The notes beneath the pieces were generated by a model. The model saw only the letters and a list, made by a program, of their open reading frames with translations. It ran no database searches and was not told where the DNA came from. Position numbers and translations under genes: made by a program. This document shows, one piece after another, positions 51,095 through 63,386 of a stretch of 64,000 nt of DNA. Numbering within the stretch: position 1 is the first letter of the stretch; each line of letters begins with the position of its first letter. This DNA comes from an uncultured delta proteobacterium (GTDB lineage: Bacteria; Myxococcota_A; Polyangia; Polyangiales; Houyiibacteriaceae). The stretch spans positions 256,001 to 320,000 of the forward strand of contig CAVOVB010000003.1 in the NCBI GenBank assembly GCA_963699755.1, given 5' to 3'.

Positions 51095-53449
51095 ATGGCG
51101 CGGCGTCGCAAGAAGAAGGGGGCTCCGCAGATTGAGCTCCCCATGGATAGCATCGAGGACGCATCGCTCGTCGTCGAAGCGCAGCGCCGATACCTCAACT
51201 ATGCTCTGAGCGTCATCACCTCGCGCGCACTGCCCGACGTGCGTGACGGGCTGAAGCCGGTCCAGCGGCGAATCCTTTACACCATGTACAACGAGCTCCG
51301 TCTCAGGAGCGACGTCAAGCATCGGAAGTCGGCGGCCATCGTCGGCGACGTGATGGGCAAATTTCACCCACATGGCGACACGGCGATCTACGATGCCCTG
51401 GTCCGCATGGCGCAGTCGTTCACCATGCGGGAGCCGCTGGTCGACGGGCGAGGCAACTTCGGTTCGCCAGACGGCGATTCGGCGGCGGCGATGCGCTACA
51501 CCGAAGCTCGGCTCCACAAGCTCGCGGACGAGCTCCTGGTCGAGCTTGCCAAAAAGACCGTCGCCTTCCGACCGAACTACGACGGCCGGCTCTTCGAGCC
51601 CATCGTCCTGCCTGCGCGCTTTCCGAACCTGCTGGTCAATGGCTCGCAGGGCATTGCAGTTGGAATGGCAACCTCGATTCCACCTCATAATTTGTCGGAG
51701 GTAATTCAGGCCTGCGTGGGGCTTATCGACGGAGACCTCAGTACCCAGCAGTTGATGAAGTTCGTGAAGGGGCCCGACTTCCCGACCGGTGGCGAGCTGA
51801 TCAGCAGCAAGGCGGAGCTAACCTCGGCCTACGAGAGCGGGCAAGGCTCGCTCAAGCTCCGCGGGGAGTGGAAGACCGAGAAGCCCCGAAGCGGCAATCC
51901 TACGATCGTGATTCACTCGATCCCTTACTCGGTCGAACGCAGCACGGTCGTCGAGAAGATCGCCGAGGTGATCATCGCGAAGAAGCTGCCGGGCTTGCTC
52001 GACGTGCGGGACGAGAGCACGGACGACTGCCGGATCGTCTGCGAGATGAAGAAGGACGCCGACCCGCAGCTCATCATGGCGTACCTCTACAAGAACACGC
52101 CGCTTCAAACCAACGTCCAGGTGAACCTTACGTGCTTGGTTCCGACCTCGAACCCCCAGGTGGCTGCGCCGCAGCGCATCGGCCTCAAGGCCATCCTTCG
52201 GCACTTCCTAGACTTTCGAATGGAAGTGGTCACCAAGCGGCTCGAGTTCGAGCTCGACCAGCTCCTCAAGCGCATCCACCTCCTCGAAGGCTTCGTCACC
52301 ATCTTCGACGCGCTCGACGAAGCGATCCGGATCATCCGTCAGTCGGAGGGCAAACAAGATGCGGCCCAGAAGCTGATCAAGCGTTTCAACCTCGACGAGC
52401 TGCAGGTAGACGCGATCCTAGAGCTCAAGCTCTACCGGCTGGCAAAGCTACAAATCCTCGAGATTCGGTCCGAGCTCGAGCAGAAACAAAAGGAAGCTCG
52501 CCGGGTGCAAAAGCTGCTCAAGAGCCCTGCCGCGCGCTGGAAGCTGTTGCGCGCCGAGCTCCAGGAGCTGGCCTCGCAGTATGCCGACCCGCGCCGCACA
52601 CGCATCACGGCCAAGCTGGACGAGCCCGAGTTCGACGCCGAGGCGTTCATCGTCGAAGAGGACGCAATGGTCGTCGTCACCGAGCAGGGCTGGGTCAAGC
52701 GTCAGCAGCGCGTGAAGGACGTGGCCTCGACTCGGGTCCGAATGGGCGACCGCGTCCTGGCGGTTCTGGCTGGGTCGACCAAGAGCACGGTCGGCTTCTT
52801 CAGTAGCCACGGGGTCTGCTACGTCAGCCGCATCGTCGATATCGCGGCGACGACCGGTCACGGCATTCCTCTGCAGACCATGTTCAAGATGGCGGACGGG
52901 GAGCGAATCGTCGGCGCGATGGGCTTCGACCCACGTTTCCTAGAGGTGCCGCCCCCAGACGAGGACTCGGAGGAGCCCGAGGAGCCCTACGCCATCGCGG
53001 TCACTCGAGGCGGGCTTGCCCTGCGCTTCTCGCTTCGCGGGCATCGAGAGCCGTCCACGCGTTCGGGCAGGAAGTTCACCCGGCCCAAGCAGGGGGATGA
53101 GGTGATCTACGTGGCGCCCGTCTTCGCAGAGGACTGCGTGGCTTGCGTGACCAAGCAGCGCCGTACCCTGATCTGCGAAGCGGATGACGTCTCATTGCTC
53201 GCCGGCGCAGGGCGTGGCGTGATGCTGATCAAGTTGGCTAAGGATGACGAGGTCGTGGCGGCGCGGGTCCTCTCCTATGATGATGACGTGCTGATCGCCA
53301 AGCGTGACGGCGGGAGCGAGTATCGCATCACGCTGCGCAAGTACGAGATCGTCTCGCGGGGCGGGAAGGGCTTTCAGCTCTTCACCCGGGGCTCGGTCGA
53401 AGGCGAAGTCTACCAAGAACCCGAGATTCCCATGTTCCCGGAGGAGTAG
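51095..53449 (+). CDS. parC: Type IIA topoisomerase subunit A, topo IV-like
   Basis: [28 protein letters not shown] (catalytic Tyr), GIAVGMAT; no GyrA box at the start of the CTD. Confidence 0.75.
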   Translation: MARRRKKKGAPQIELPMDSIEDASLVVEAQRRYLNYALSVITSRALPDVRDGLKPVQRRILYTMYNELRLRSDVKHRKSAAIVGDVMGKFHPHGDTAIYDALVRMAQSFTMREPLVDGRGNFGSPDGDSAAAMRYTEARLHKLADELLVELAKKTVAFRPNYDGRLFEPIVLPARFPNLLVNGSQGIAVGMATSIPPHNLSEVIQACVGLIDGDLSTQQLMKFVKGPDFPTGGELISSKAELTSAYESGQGSLKLRGEWKTEKPRSGNPTIVIHSIPYSVERSTVVEKIAEVIIAKKLPGLLDVRDESTDDCRIVCEMKKDADPQLIMAYLYKNTPLQTNVQVNLTCLVPTSNPQVAAPQRIGLKAILRHFLDFRMEVVTKRLEFELDQLLKRIHLLEGFVTIFDALDEAIRIIRQSEGKQDAAQKLIKRFNLDELQVDAILELKLYRLAKLQILEIRSELEQKQKEARRVQKLLKSPAARWKLLRAELQELASQYADPRRTRITAKLDEPEFDAEAFIVEEDAMVVVTEQGWVKRQQRVKDVASTRVRMGDRVLAVLAGSTKSTVGFFSSHGVCYVSRIVDIAATTGHGIPLQTMFKMADGERIVGAMGFDPRFLEVPPPDEDSEEPEEPYAIAVTRGGLALRFSLRGHREPSTRSGRKFTRPKQGDEVIYVAPVFAEDCVACVTKQRRTLICEADDVSLLAGAGRGVMLIKLAKDDEVVAARVLSYDDDVLIAKRDGGSEYRITLRKYEIVSRGGKGFQLFTRGSVEGEVYQEPEIPMFPEE

Positions 53450-55356
53450 TGGCGTATACCGCCAAAGACATCGATGTTCTCGAGGGGCTCGAGCCGGTGC
53501 GCAAGCGGCCGGCGATGTACATCGGTGGGACCGATGCGCACGGCTACCACCACCTGCTCTGGGAGATCCTCGACAACTCCGTGGACGAGGCCATCAACGG
53601 GCATGCGTCGCGCATCGAGGTTGCCCTCGACACGGACCACCAGGGGGCGACGATCACGGACAACGGTCGCGGAATCCCCGTCGATACACACCCGAAGTTC
53701 AAGAAGTCGGCGCTGGAGTTGATCCTCACGACCCTTCACGCTGGCGGGAAGTTCGAAGGGAAGAGCTACCAGGTGGCGGGCGGCCTTCATGGTGTGGGCT
53801 CCTCGGTCGTCAACGCGCTCTCGTCCGAGCTCACCGCGACTGTTTGGCGCGGAGGCAAGACCTATTCGCAGAGCTACAAGCGCGGAAAGGCAACGACGAA
53901 GCTCAAGTCGGGCGCCAAGACGAGCAAGCGCGGGACCGCAATTCATTTTCGGCCCGACACGGAGATCTTCGGCAAGAGGGCTGCCTTCGATGCGAAGCGC
54001 GTGGCGGAGCGTCTCGAAGCGAAAACCTATCTTCATCGGGGTCTCAAGATCGTTTTTGTCGACGAGAAAGCCGGGGAGCGTCAGGAGTTCGAGCATCCAG
54101 GAGGAATCGTCGAGTTCCTCGACAAATTGGTGACCGAGCGCGGGCAGCCCTCGGTGCACGGCGAGGCGTTCTCAGTCGAGAGCGAGGGAGAGCCCAGGTT
54201 CGAGGTGGCGCTGCGATGGACCGAGTCCACCGACGAGCTAATCCGCTCGTACGCGAACGGCATCCCGACGGGCTCCGGAGGCACCCACGAGACCGGGTTC
54301 AAGCAGGGGCTCGCGAAGGCCATTCGCAGCCACATGGAGACACAGAAACTCACGCCCAAGGGCGTCAAGATCACATCAGACGACATCCGTGAGGGGCTCG
54401 TCGCGCTGCTGAGCGTGTACGTGAAGGAGCCGCAGTTCCAAGGGCAGACCAAGGACCGGCTCAACAACCCCGAGGTGACGGCGCAGATCGAGTCAGCGGT
54501 GCGTACGGCGTTCGAGCAGTGGATGCTCAACAACAAGACCGCGGCCGAGTCGATCATCGCACGGGTGATCATTTCCTCCCGCGCACGGGCGGCGAGCCGC
54601 GCGGCAAGCCAGCAGGTTTCCCGTAAGACGGCGGTGAGTCATCGCTTGAACTTGCCCGGGAAGCTCGCCGACTGTTCAAGCACCAATCCCGACGATAGCG
54701 AGCTTTTCCTCGTCGAGGGCGACAGCGCGGGCGGGAACGCGAAGCAAGGACGAGACCGCAAAACCCAGGCAATCCTCCCGCTCCGCGGCAAAGTATTGAA
54801 CGCCGAGCGCGCGTCGCAGGCGCAGATTCTCGGCAATCGCGAGCTTCAGGACATCGTGAGCGCGCTTGGCTGCGGGATCGGGAAAGACTTCGACATCTCG
54901 AAGCTGCGCTACGGGCGCGTGTTCCTGCTGATGGACGCCGACAGCGACGGGCATCACATCGCGACGCTCTTGCTCACCTTCTTCTTTCGGATGCTACCCG
55001 GGCTCGTCAGGGCGGGACACGTGTTCTTGGCGCAGCCGCCGCTCTATCGCCTCGACATTGGTAAGCAGGTGTATTGGGCGCTCGACGACGAAGAGCGCGA
55101 TCGCATCATCGCCGACGCGCCTGGGAACGCGAAAGTCGAGATCAGCCGCTTCAAGGGGCTCGGTGAAATGACTGCGGAGGAGCTTCGGGAGACCACGCTC
55201 GACAAGACCCGGCGCAGGGCGCTCCGGGTCACGATTGACGGCGAGCTGGAGGCCGACCGGATCTTCAGCGAGCTCATGGGCAAGGACCCAGCGCCACGCT
55301 ACCAGTTCATCATGGAACAGGCGCCGGCGGCCAACGCCGTCGAGCTCGACGTGTAG
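53449..55356 (+). CDS. parE: Type IIA topoisomerase subunit B, topo IV-like
   Basis: VRKRPAMYIG, DNGRGIP, LHAGGKF, GGLHGVG, VEGDSAGG, PLRGK, DADSDG, RFKGLGEM; compact 635 aa. Confidence 0.75.
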   Translation: MAYTAKDIDVLEGLEPVRKRPAMYIGGTDAHGYHHLLWEILDNSVDEAINGHASRIEVALDTDHQGATITDNGRGIPVDTHPKFKKSALELILTTLHAGGKFEGKSYQVAGGLHGVGSSVVNALSSELTATVWRGGKTYSQSYKRGKATTKLKSGAKTSKRGTAIHFRPDTEIFGKRAAFDAKRVAERLEAKTYLHRGLKIVFVDEKAGERQEFEHPGGIVEFLDKLVTERGQPSVHGEAFSVESEGEPRFEVALRWTESTDELIRSYANGIPTGSGGTHETGFKQGLAKAIRSHMETQKLTPKGVKITSDDIREGLVALLSVYVKEPQFQGQTKDRLNNPEVTAQIESAVRTAFEQWMLNNKTAAESIIARVIISSRARAASRAASQQVSRKTAVSHRLNLPGKLADCSSTNPDDSELFLVEGDSAGGNAKQGRDRKTQAILPLRGKVLNAERASQAQILGNRELQDIVSALGCGIGKDFDISKLRYGRVFLLMDADSDGHHIATLLLTFFFRMLPGLVRAGHVFLAQPPLYRLDIGKQVYWALDDEERDRIIADAPGNAKVEISRFKGLGEMTAEELRETTLDKTRRRALRVTIDGELEADRIFSELMGKDPAPRYQFIMEQAPAANAVELDV

Positions 55357-55382
55357 CGGACAAAATCGCGTCCGTTTTTTTT
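55357..55382 (+). terminator. Probable intrinsic terminator
   Basis: CGGAC-aaaatcgc-GTCCG hairpin followed by T8, directly after the stop codon. Confidence 0.6.
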
Positions 55383-55441
55383 GACGGGCTCAGTCGGTTC
55401 TGGTTGAACCACTTCAGGAAGTACTTCGATAGCTCCGGGGA

Positions 55442-56527
55442 GTGGTGATGCAATCGACTTGTCATGTTTGCGAAAAGAGCTTCGAGGCGCGTTTTCGCTA
55501 CCAGGTTCGCGAAGAGGACGGGCAGTACCTGTACATTTGCTCGACGGCTTGTCAGCAGAAGCTGCTCCTAGGAGCCGATGGGGTTCATGCCTGTGACACC
55601 TGCGGTGCGACCTTCGAGATCGAATACCCCTATCAGATGAGCGTGAGCGACGGGCTTCGCCAGTATTTCTGCTCGACCGGATGCCGAGAGCGCGGGGAGC
55701 AACGCCAGAGCGAGGTGGGGCTGACGCGCAGGTCACCGAAGCGAATCGCGGTTTTCAATCACAAGGGTGGCACGGGGAAGACGACGACGTCGATCAATCT
55801 CGCTGCGGGCTTAGCAGAGTCAGGACGACGTGTCTTGCTCATCGATGCGGACGGACAAGGCAATGTGGGCGCTTCACTTGGAATCGCTGGGCAGCGCACG
55901 CTCTACCACGTTCTGGTGAACGGCGTGAAGGCGTCTGACGTTGCGATTCCCGTGCGAGCGGGGCTCGACGTCCTGACCTCGAACGAGTCGCTTGCGGCCG
56001 CCGAGCTCTTTCTTGCCGAGCGGCCGAATCGGGACCGAATCATGCGCGAGCGCCTGGGCGATGCCTGTAGAGACTATGACGCCGTTGTCGTCGACTGCGC
56101 GCCGGCGCTTTCGCTCATGAACCAGAACGCAATGGTGTACGCGGACAGTGTCGTCGTTCCGGTCGCTTGCGACTACCTCTCGTTGATCGGTGTGAAGCAA
56201 GTTCTGCGGACGATTCGCAATGTTCGCGATCTGCTTCAGCACAACGTAGAGCTTCTTGGGGTATTGCCGACCTTCTTCGACGTGCGCAATCGAATTTCGC
56301 GAGAGGCGATTCTGACCCTTCGTGAGCACTTCGAGGCACGCTGCTACGATCCGATTCGAATCAACACCAAACTCCGTGAGGCCCCGAGCGCGAAGCAGAC
56401 GATCTTCGAGTACGCGCCGAAGAGCCACGGCGCGGAGGACTACATGCGCTTGGTGCAACGGGTCACGGCCGTTGCCGCTACCGGTCACAGAGCGGAGATG
56501 CGGGCTTCGCTCTCGGTCGCATCTTAG
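55442..56527 (+). CDS. ParA/Soj ATPase with two N-terminal TRASH/YHS-like Cys motifs
   Basis: CHVC...YICSTAC and CDTC...YFCSTGC; deviant Walker A KGGTGKTT, IDADGQGN, VDCAP. Confidence 0.88.
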   Translation: MVMQSTCHVCEKSFEARFRYQVREEDGQYLYICSTACQQKLLLGADGVHACDTCGATFEIEYPYQMSVSDGLRQYFCSTGCRERGEQRQSEVGLTRRSPKRIAVFNHKGGTGKTTTSINLAAGLAESGRRVLLIDADGQGNVGASLGIAGQRTLYHVLVNGVKASDVAIPVRAGLDVLTSNESLAAAELFLAERPNRDRIMRERLGDACRDYDAVVVDCAPALSLMNQNAMVYADSVVVPVACDYLSLIGVKQVLRTIRNVRDLLQHNVELLGVLPTFFDVRNRISREAILTLREHFEARCYDPIRINTKLREAPSAKQTIFEYAPKSHGAEDYMRLVQRVTAVAATGHRAEMRASLSVAS

Positions 56528-56536
56528 GGGGGGTAC

Positions 56537-58368
<1,832 letters not shown>

Positions 58369-58370
58369 GA

Positions 58371-58565
58371 CGGGACGCGGAAAGTCGCGTCACGGGGTTC
58401 CATCGAACGGCTCGGCTTGCGAATATGGTCGGACGCACTTGGGGCCTTTGACCACACAAGCCTCGCCTCGGAACTCGCGCCAATCGGAGCTGGTTTCTGT
58501 CTTGCCGATGGTCACTCGTTACGTCGACTCCACCCCATGACGCGTTTTTCCGCGCCCCTCCATTC
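58371..58565. repeat. Palindromic dispersed repeat / MITE-like element, copy 2
   Basis: Left arm CGGGACGCGGAAAGTCGCGTCACGGGG; right arm 58511-58565 is 53/55 identical to 39958-40012. Confidence 0.75.
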
Positions 58566-58663
58566 GTATCCGATCGCATGCCTGGTCGTTTCCAGGCGGT
58601 GTGCAATTCGGCGCCCCGGTTGGCGTCGCTCGACCGGTTCGGGGGCTCATGTTAGACCCGCGC

Positions 58664-60208
58664 ATGATCGTTGATGGGGTTTTGATTCTCGATTTTGGGT
58701 CGCAGTACACGCAGCTCATCGCGAGGCGGATTCGAGAGCAGCACGTCTATTGTGAGATTCAGCCCTGCACCTATTCGCTCGCGGAGATTCGGGACATCGA
58801 GCCTCGGGCGATCATCTTGAGTGGCGGGCCCGCGAGCGTTTTTGCGGAAGGGTCGCCTAGCGTGGACCCCGGGGTATTCGACCTCGGGGTTCCGGTTTTG
58901 GGCATTTGCTATGGCATGCAGCTCACCGGCCATTTGCTTGGCGGGCAGGTCGAGCGCGCCGATGAGCGGGAGTACGGGCCGGCGCGTCTCGAAGTGCTCA
59001 AGCCCGAGGGCCTTCTTCACGGGTTCAAGGTTGGGTCCCACGTAGACGTTTGGATGAGTCACGGCGACCGCGTCCAGAGCCTTCCCGCGGGCTTCGAGAC
59101 AATCGCGCGCACCTCGAACAGCCCGTTTGCGGCGGTAGCGAACCTCGAGCGGAACATCTTCGGTGTGCAGTTTCATCCCGAGGTGGCGCACACGCCGCGT
59201 GGCGTCGAGATGCTGCGGGCGTTCTTGTTCGAGGTGGCCAGCTGCAAGCCGAACTGGACGCCGGGTTCGTTCGTCGAGCAGAGCGTCGAGTCGATTCGCC
59301 GTCAGGTTGGGGATCGCTCGGTCGTCTGCGGCCTGTCCGGCGGTGTGGATTCGTCGGTCGCGGCGATGCTGGTGTCCAAAGCGATCGGTGACCGCCTCAC
59401 CTGCATCTTCGTCGATAACGGTCTGCTCCGAAAAGACGAAGCCGAGAGCGTTGTCCACACGTACCGCGACCACTTCGGGCTCAAGCTGATTCACGTCGAC
59501 GCGGCCGACGAGTTTCTCGATCAGCTTCACGGCGTGAGCGACCCAGAAACGAAGCGAAAGATCATTGGCCGGGTGTTCATCGACGTCTTCCAGCGCGAAG
59601 CCGAGAAGCTCGATGATGTGGGTTACCTGGTTCAGGGCACTCTCTACCCCGACGTCATCGAGAGCCTTTCATTCAAGGGGCCGAGCGCGGTCATCAAGAG
59701 TCACCACAACGTGGGTGGCCTGCCGGACACCCTGCACCTCGAGCTCATCGAGCCGCTTCGTCTCCTCTTCAAGGACGAAGTCCGCGAGGTTGGCGAGGCG
59801 ATGGGCATGCCGCACGACCTGCTCTGGCGTCACCCGTTCCCAGGGCCGGGGCTTGCGGTTCGATGTCCGGGTGCGATCGAGCGAGAGAAGCTCGAGATTT
59901 TGCGGGAAGCCGATGCGATTTTCATCGAGGAGCTTCGCGCCTCCAATCTGTACGAAAAGATCTGGCAGGCATTTTGTGTGATTTTGCCGGTGCGCACCGT
60001 GGGCGTGATGGGCGACGAGCGGACATACGACTACGTGGTTGCCATTCGCGCGGTCGACTCCCGCGACGGCATGACCGCCGACTGGGCACGCATCCCACAC
60101 GAGGTTTTGGCTCGGGTCTCGACTCGCATCATCAACGAGGTCCGGGGCTGCAACCGCGTCTGCTACGATATCTCGTCCAAGCCCCCGTCGACGATCGAAT
60201 GGGAGTAA
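58664..60208 (+). CDS. guaA: GMP synthase (glutamine-hydrolysing)
   Basis: [53 protein letters not shown]. Confidence 0.96.
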   Translation: MIVDGVLILDFGSQYTQLIARRIREQHVYCEIQPCTYSLAEIRDIEPRAIILSGGPASVFAEGSPSVDPGVFDLGVPVLGICYGMQLTGHLLGGQVERADEREYGPARLEVLKPEGLLHGFKVGSHVDVWMSHGDRVQSLPAGFETIARTSNSPFAAVANLERNIFGVQFHPEVAHTPRGVEMLRAFLFEVASCKPNWTPGSFVEQSVESIRRQVGDRSVVCGLSGGVDSSVAAMLVSKAIGDRLTCIFVDNGLLRKDEAESVVHTYRDHFGLKLIHVDAADEFLDQLHGVSDPETKRKIIGRVFIDVFQREAEKLDDVGYLVQGTLYPDVIESLSFKGPSAVIKSHHNVGGLPDTLHLELIEPLRLLFKDEVREVGEAMGMPHDLLWRHPFPGPGLAVRCPGAIEREKLEILREADAIFIEELRASNLYEKIWQAFCVILPVRTVGVMGDERTYDYVVAIRAVDSRDGMTADWARIPHEVLARVSTRIINEVRGCNRVCYDISSKPPSTIEWE

Positions 60209-60501
60209 GAATCGCCACTCTCCTGCTGGCACTGCTTGCCTCGGGCTGCGCCAAGAAGAGCACGCTCGTTCCGGAGCCCGCGCGCCTGCGAATCATGGCG
60301 ACTCCGCCGAATGCCTCGGTGTACATCGACGGGCACTATTTCGGTCGAGCCACGGTGCTGTCCCAGGAACCGAAAGCGCTGGCGCCCGGCGTTCATCTCA
60401 TGACGGTGCAGGCCGAGGACCACTTTCCGCACGACATGGAGCTAGACCTGCCCCGCGGCGTCACGACGATCACCGTCGAGCTTCGACCGATTCCGCCCTA
60501 A
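60199..60501 (+). CDS. PEGA-domain lipoprotein
   Basis: LASGC lipobox; [21 protein letters not shown]. Confidence 0.72.
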   Translation: MGVRIATLLLALLASGCAKKSTLVPEPARLRIMATPPNASVYIDGHYFGRATVLSQEPKALAPGVHLMTVQAEDHFPHDMELDLPRGVTTITVELRPIPP

Positions 60502-60558
60502 ACGGGGTTTGGTTACACCACCCGTCCACCCCCACAGGCGGCGTCCGTGTCAGCGACC

Positions 60559-61530
60559 CTAGTTCGAAAGCACGCCCTTTAGCTCTTGGCTGGTCTCGTA
60601 CTCTTCTTCGATCATCGGGCCGGCTAGTCTGACCACGAGGTGGTTGGGGCTCATTTGCTTGAGGGCTTGGAGCTCGGCGTACTTTTCCCCGATGTCTTCG
60701 TTCACGAGGACGAGGTTGGCCTGGGCTCGGACGAAGTCAGGGCGCTTGGCCACCGTTTGCTTGAGGAGCATCTCGCAGCGGGCCGGGTCGACGTAGCGCT
60801 CGAAGGCTTCCATCGCCCGGAGAAAGGTGCGAACGGGCGGGTCTTCTGGGCCTTCGTCGGCGTATCTCATCATGCGATCGTACTCGAGCCAGTCGCCGCG
60901 CAGGCGGAAGTAGTTGGCGTTGGCCAAATAAGCCAGCTGCGCCTTCGGATCTTGGCTAATCGCTTGCTTGATCAAGTCCGCCCCCGCAACGAGCGGCTCT
61001 TCAGCGAGGACACGCAAGGCACGAACCACTTTCTGTAGGTCTGCGGTCTTGGTTTTCAGCTTTGCCGCGCGCGCCTCGTCCTGCGCGCCGGTCTCACCCT
61101 GTTCGAGCGGACGGCTCAGGCTCAGCTGGCGCAACTCGGTCAGGTCCCGGCGGCGTTGATGGTCGAGAATCCATGCAGCCGTCATGAGCGCGCCGGCGTA
61201 AGAGAGCTCGAGATAGCCGCGAACGGTCAACGCTTCGGCTCCCTGCCGTCCTGCGGCGAAGCGCCTCGCTGCCTCGTACTCAGGCAGACGGTCGCCCCGG
61301 ATGATCTCCAGCACCTGCGCCATCGAGGTCACCGGCGTGTCCGGAGGCGGAATCGGCGGGATGCCGTAGGCTTTCTGGAACTCCTGAACGACCTGAGCAG
61401 CCTCGGGGGGCCGCATGGTTTCCAAGTCGACGCCCTTGCCGATCGTCGAGCCGTCGTTCGTAGAGGATTTAGACGAGGCGCATGCGCTCAATGCGAGAAT
61501 CATCAGCCATGCGGAGACCGTTCGTTTCAT
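60559..61530 (-). CDS. Hypothetical helical (TPR-like) lipoprotein
   Basis: LSAC lipobox; all-alpha composition, AISQDP and RPDFVRA TPR-like turns. Confidence 0.65.
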   Translation of the reverse strand: MKRTVSAWLMILALSACASSKSSTNDGSTIGKGVDLETMRPPEAAQVVQEFQKAYGIPPIPPPDTPVTSMAQVLEIIRGDRLPEYEAARRFAAGRQGAEALTVRGYLELSYAGALMTAAWILDHQRRRDLTELRQLSLSRPLEQGETGAQDEARAAKLKTKTADLQKVVRALRVLAEEPLVAGADLIKQAISQDPKAQLAYLANANYFRLRGDWLEYDRMMRYADEGPEDPPVRTFLRAMEAFERYVDPARCEMLLKQTVAKRPDFVRAQANLVLVNEDIGEKYAELQALKQMSPNHLVVRLAGPMIEEEYETSQELKGVLSN

Positions 61531-61563
61531 GGCGCGGAGGCTAGCACAGCCCTCGGGCGGCCC

Positions 61564-62415
61564 CTAGAAGCGGACGAAAACGTCGAACTCTGGGGATATG
61601 TTGCCGAGCACGTCCCCGGGCACGACGAGGTAGAAACCCTCGACGAAGAAACTGCTGTAGCCGACCCCAAGCCGGATGTTGGCGCGGTCCCACGAGAACA
61701 CGAAGCCGGGGATGACGGCGAATGCGTTCTTCAATTCGCTCAGATCCGCCTCGAGCTGGAGGCCGATGGTCGGGTTGTTGGCGTCGAGCGTCCCGTTGAT
61801 CGCGAGGTTGCTGACATGGGGCACCCATCTCACGGTGAACGTGAAGGCGACCACCCGAGAGAGCCGCCATTCGGCCATCCCCCAGAGCTGAAGGAAATCC
61901 ACCACGAGTGCGCCTTCGATGGAATCTCCTCCCGGCTTGGAATCTGCCTCTCCGTTGACGGCGGTGTAGAGGGCGCCGAAGTGCAGACTCACGTCGGAAT
62001 TGATCCGCGTCGACGCCGCCAGGGAGATCGGCAGAAGAAAATACCGCACTTTGGTGTTGTCGGCCGCCTCGATGGCACCTGTGAGGAAACCGGCCGCCAC
62101 GCTCATCGCCAGGCGTCTGCGGTCGTAGAAGGTCGACTTGAGCTCGATGTTGGGGGCGACGGTCTGGAAGATCGCCCCGAGAAGCCAAGGCATCGTGTAG
62201 GTGGTGACTTGGAGCTGGTCGAGGATGCCGTAGCTCAGCTGCATCAAGCCGAGGCGGACTCGCCGCCGATGGAGGCTATAGGCTGTCGTGTTGAGCAGTC
62301 GCTCTTCGTACGTGTGATAAGCGCGCGCCGCGCTGGGACGGAGCCCCATTCCCGCCCAAGTCACACCCACGAGGAGCGTTACCAGGAGAAGAGTGTTCCT
62401 GATTCGTCGAAACAT
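61564..62415 (-). CDS. Hypothetical exported protein, probable outer-membrane beta-barrel
   Basis: Signal peptide ending AARA; alternating beta-strand pattern; C-terminal DVFVRF. Confidence 0.6.
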   Translation of the reverse strand: MFRRIRNTLLLVTLLVGVTWAGMGLRPSAARAYHTYEERLLNTTAYSLHRRRVRLGLMQLSYGILDQLQVTTYTMPWLLGAIFQTVAPNIELKSTFYDRRRLAMSVAAGFLTGAIEAADNTKVRYFLLPISLAASTRINSDVSLHFGALYTAVNGEADSKPGGDSIEGALVVDFLQLWGMAEWRLSRVVAFTFTVRWVPHVSNLAINGTLDANNPTIGLQLEADLSELKNAFAVIPGFVFSWDRANIRLGVGYSSFFVEGFYLVVPGDVLGNISPEFDVFVRF

Positions 62416-63386
62416 CGACTCTCCTCTAGGCTGCATCCGAACACGCCGGTCGCATCTCGGATGCTCTCACTGGTTTCCTCGATTATGTAGTTGAATGTCT
62501 CCGACAACGCCGGATCCCCGACGTCCACCAAGATCACGAGCCCCGACTCGTCGGCTAGGACAACCCGAAAGCTCTGGCTAATGCGGAACTCATCACCGTC
62601 AAAGCCGATGGTTCCCTCCATGACAAACGTGACAGGCAACTGGTCGATATCCTGGCCCGGCGGAACGTCATCGCCCAAGTCGAGTGCAACGCCTCCGTCG
62701 TACGAAGATTCGTAACATCCAGAGGTTTCGCAATCGCTGCCCTCGATGGGCACGAGGTAAAGGCAGTTGGCCGCCGTGCCCCATACCACCCGGCCGATCC
62801 CTCCGCTGTCCAGTGTCATCCACAGATCGATCGAGCCGTTGGCGGCGTCAGGCTCGGCATCATAGCCGTCCTCGAATTGCCTCGGGTCCAAGCCAGGGCA
62901 GATGTAGTTGACCCGAATCGCCCCGGTGGGACTTGGGAACGTCACCCCACCACTGCACCTACCATCCGGACAATCCGAGTTCGTGCTGCAGCCCTTGCCG
63001 TCATTGGCTCCACCACTGCAGATGGCATCGAAAACGACGTTGCCAACGCAGGTGCCATCGGGGCACTCCGCGTTGCTCGTGCAGGCGCTCCCACTGTTGG
63101 CCCCACCACTGCAAGTCGTGACGGTGACGGAGTCGAGCTCTTCTTGAACTTGGGCGATGAGCTCCAAAATCTCTTTGAAAATCTCCGAGTTTTGGATCTC
63201 CGCGGCAGTCGCCTCGATTTCGTCGGCCACCGCACCCATGATCTCGCGCCCAACGATCGCGGTGGGGTTGGCATAGGCTTGGAGCACCGGCTGAAGATCA
63301 GGGGCCGGAGGGGCGTCAATTCCCTGGCCGCATGAGCCGAGGGCGACTGCGAGGGCGAGCACGGCGCACGTATGAAGCCGACTCAT
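62379..63386 (-). CDS. Hypothetical lipoprotein with two Cys-rich modules
   Basis: LGSC lipobox; CSGGANSGSACTSNAECPDGTC and CSGGANDGKGCSTNSDCPDGRC. Confidence 0.7.
   Translation of the reverse strand: MSRLHTCAVLALAVALGSCGQGIDAPPAPDLQPVLQAYANPTAIVGREIMGAVADEIEATAAEIQNSEIFKEILELIAQVQEELDSVTVTTCSGGANSGSACTSNAECPDGTCVGNVVFDAICSGGANDGKGCSTNSDCPDGRCSGGVTFPSPTGAIRVNYICPGLDPRQFEDGYDAEPDAANGSIDLWMTLDSGGIGRVVWGTAANCLYLVPIEGSDCETSGCYESSYDGGVALDLGDDVPPGQDIDQLPVTFVMEGTIGFDGDEFRISQSFRVVLADESGLVILVDVGDPALSETFNYIIEETSESIRDATGVFGCSLEESRCFDESGTLFSW

Noticed and set aside
51095..55356. Calling the pair gyrA/gyrB
   Set aside because: No GyrA box at the canonical position; topo IV-like is preferred, but a phylogeny is needed.
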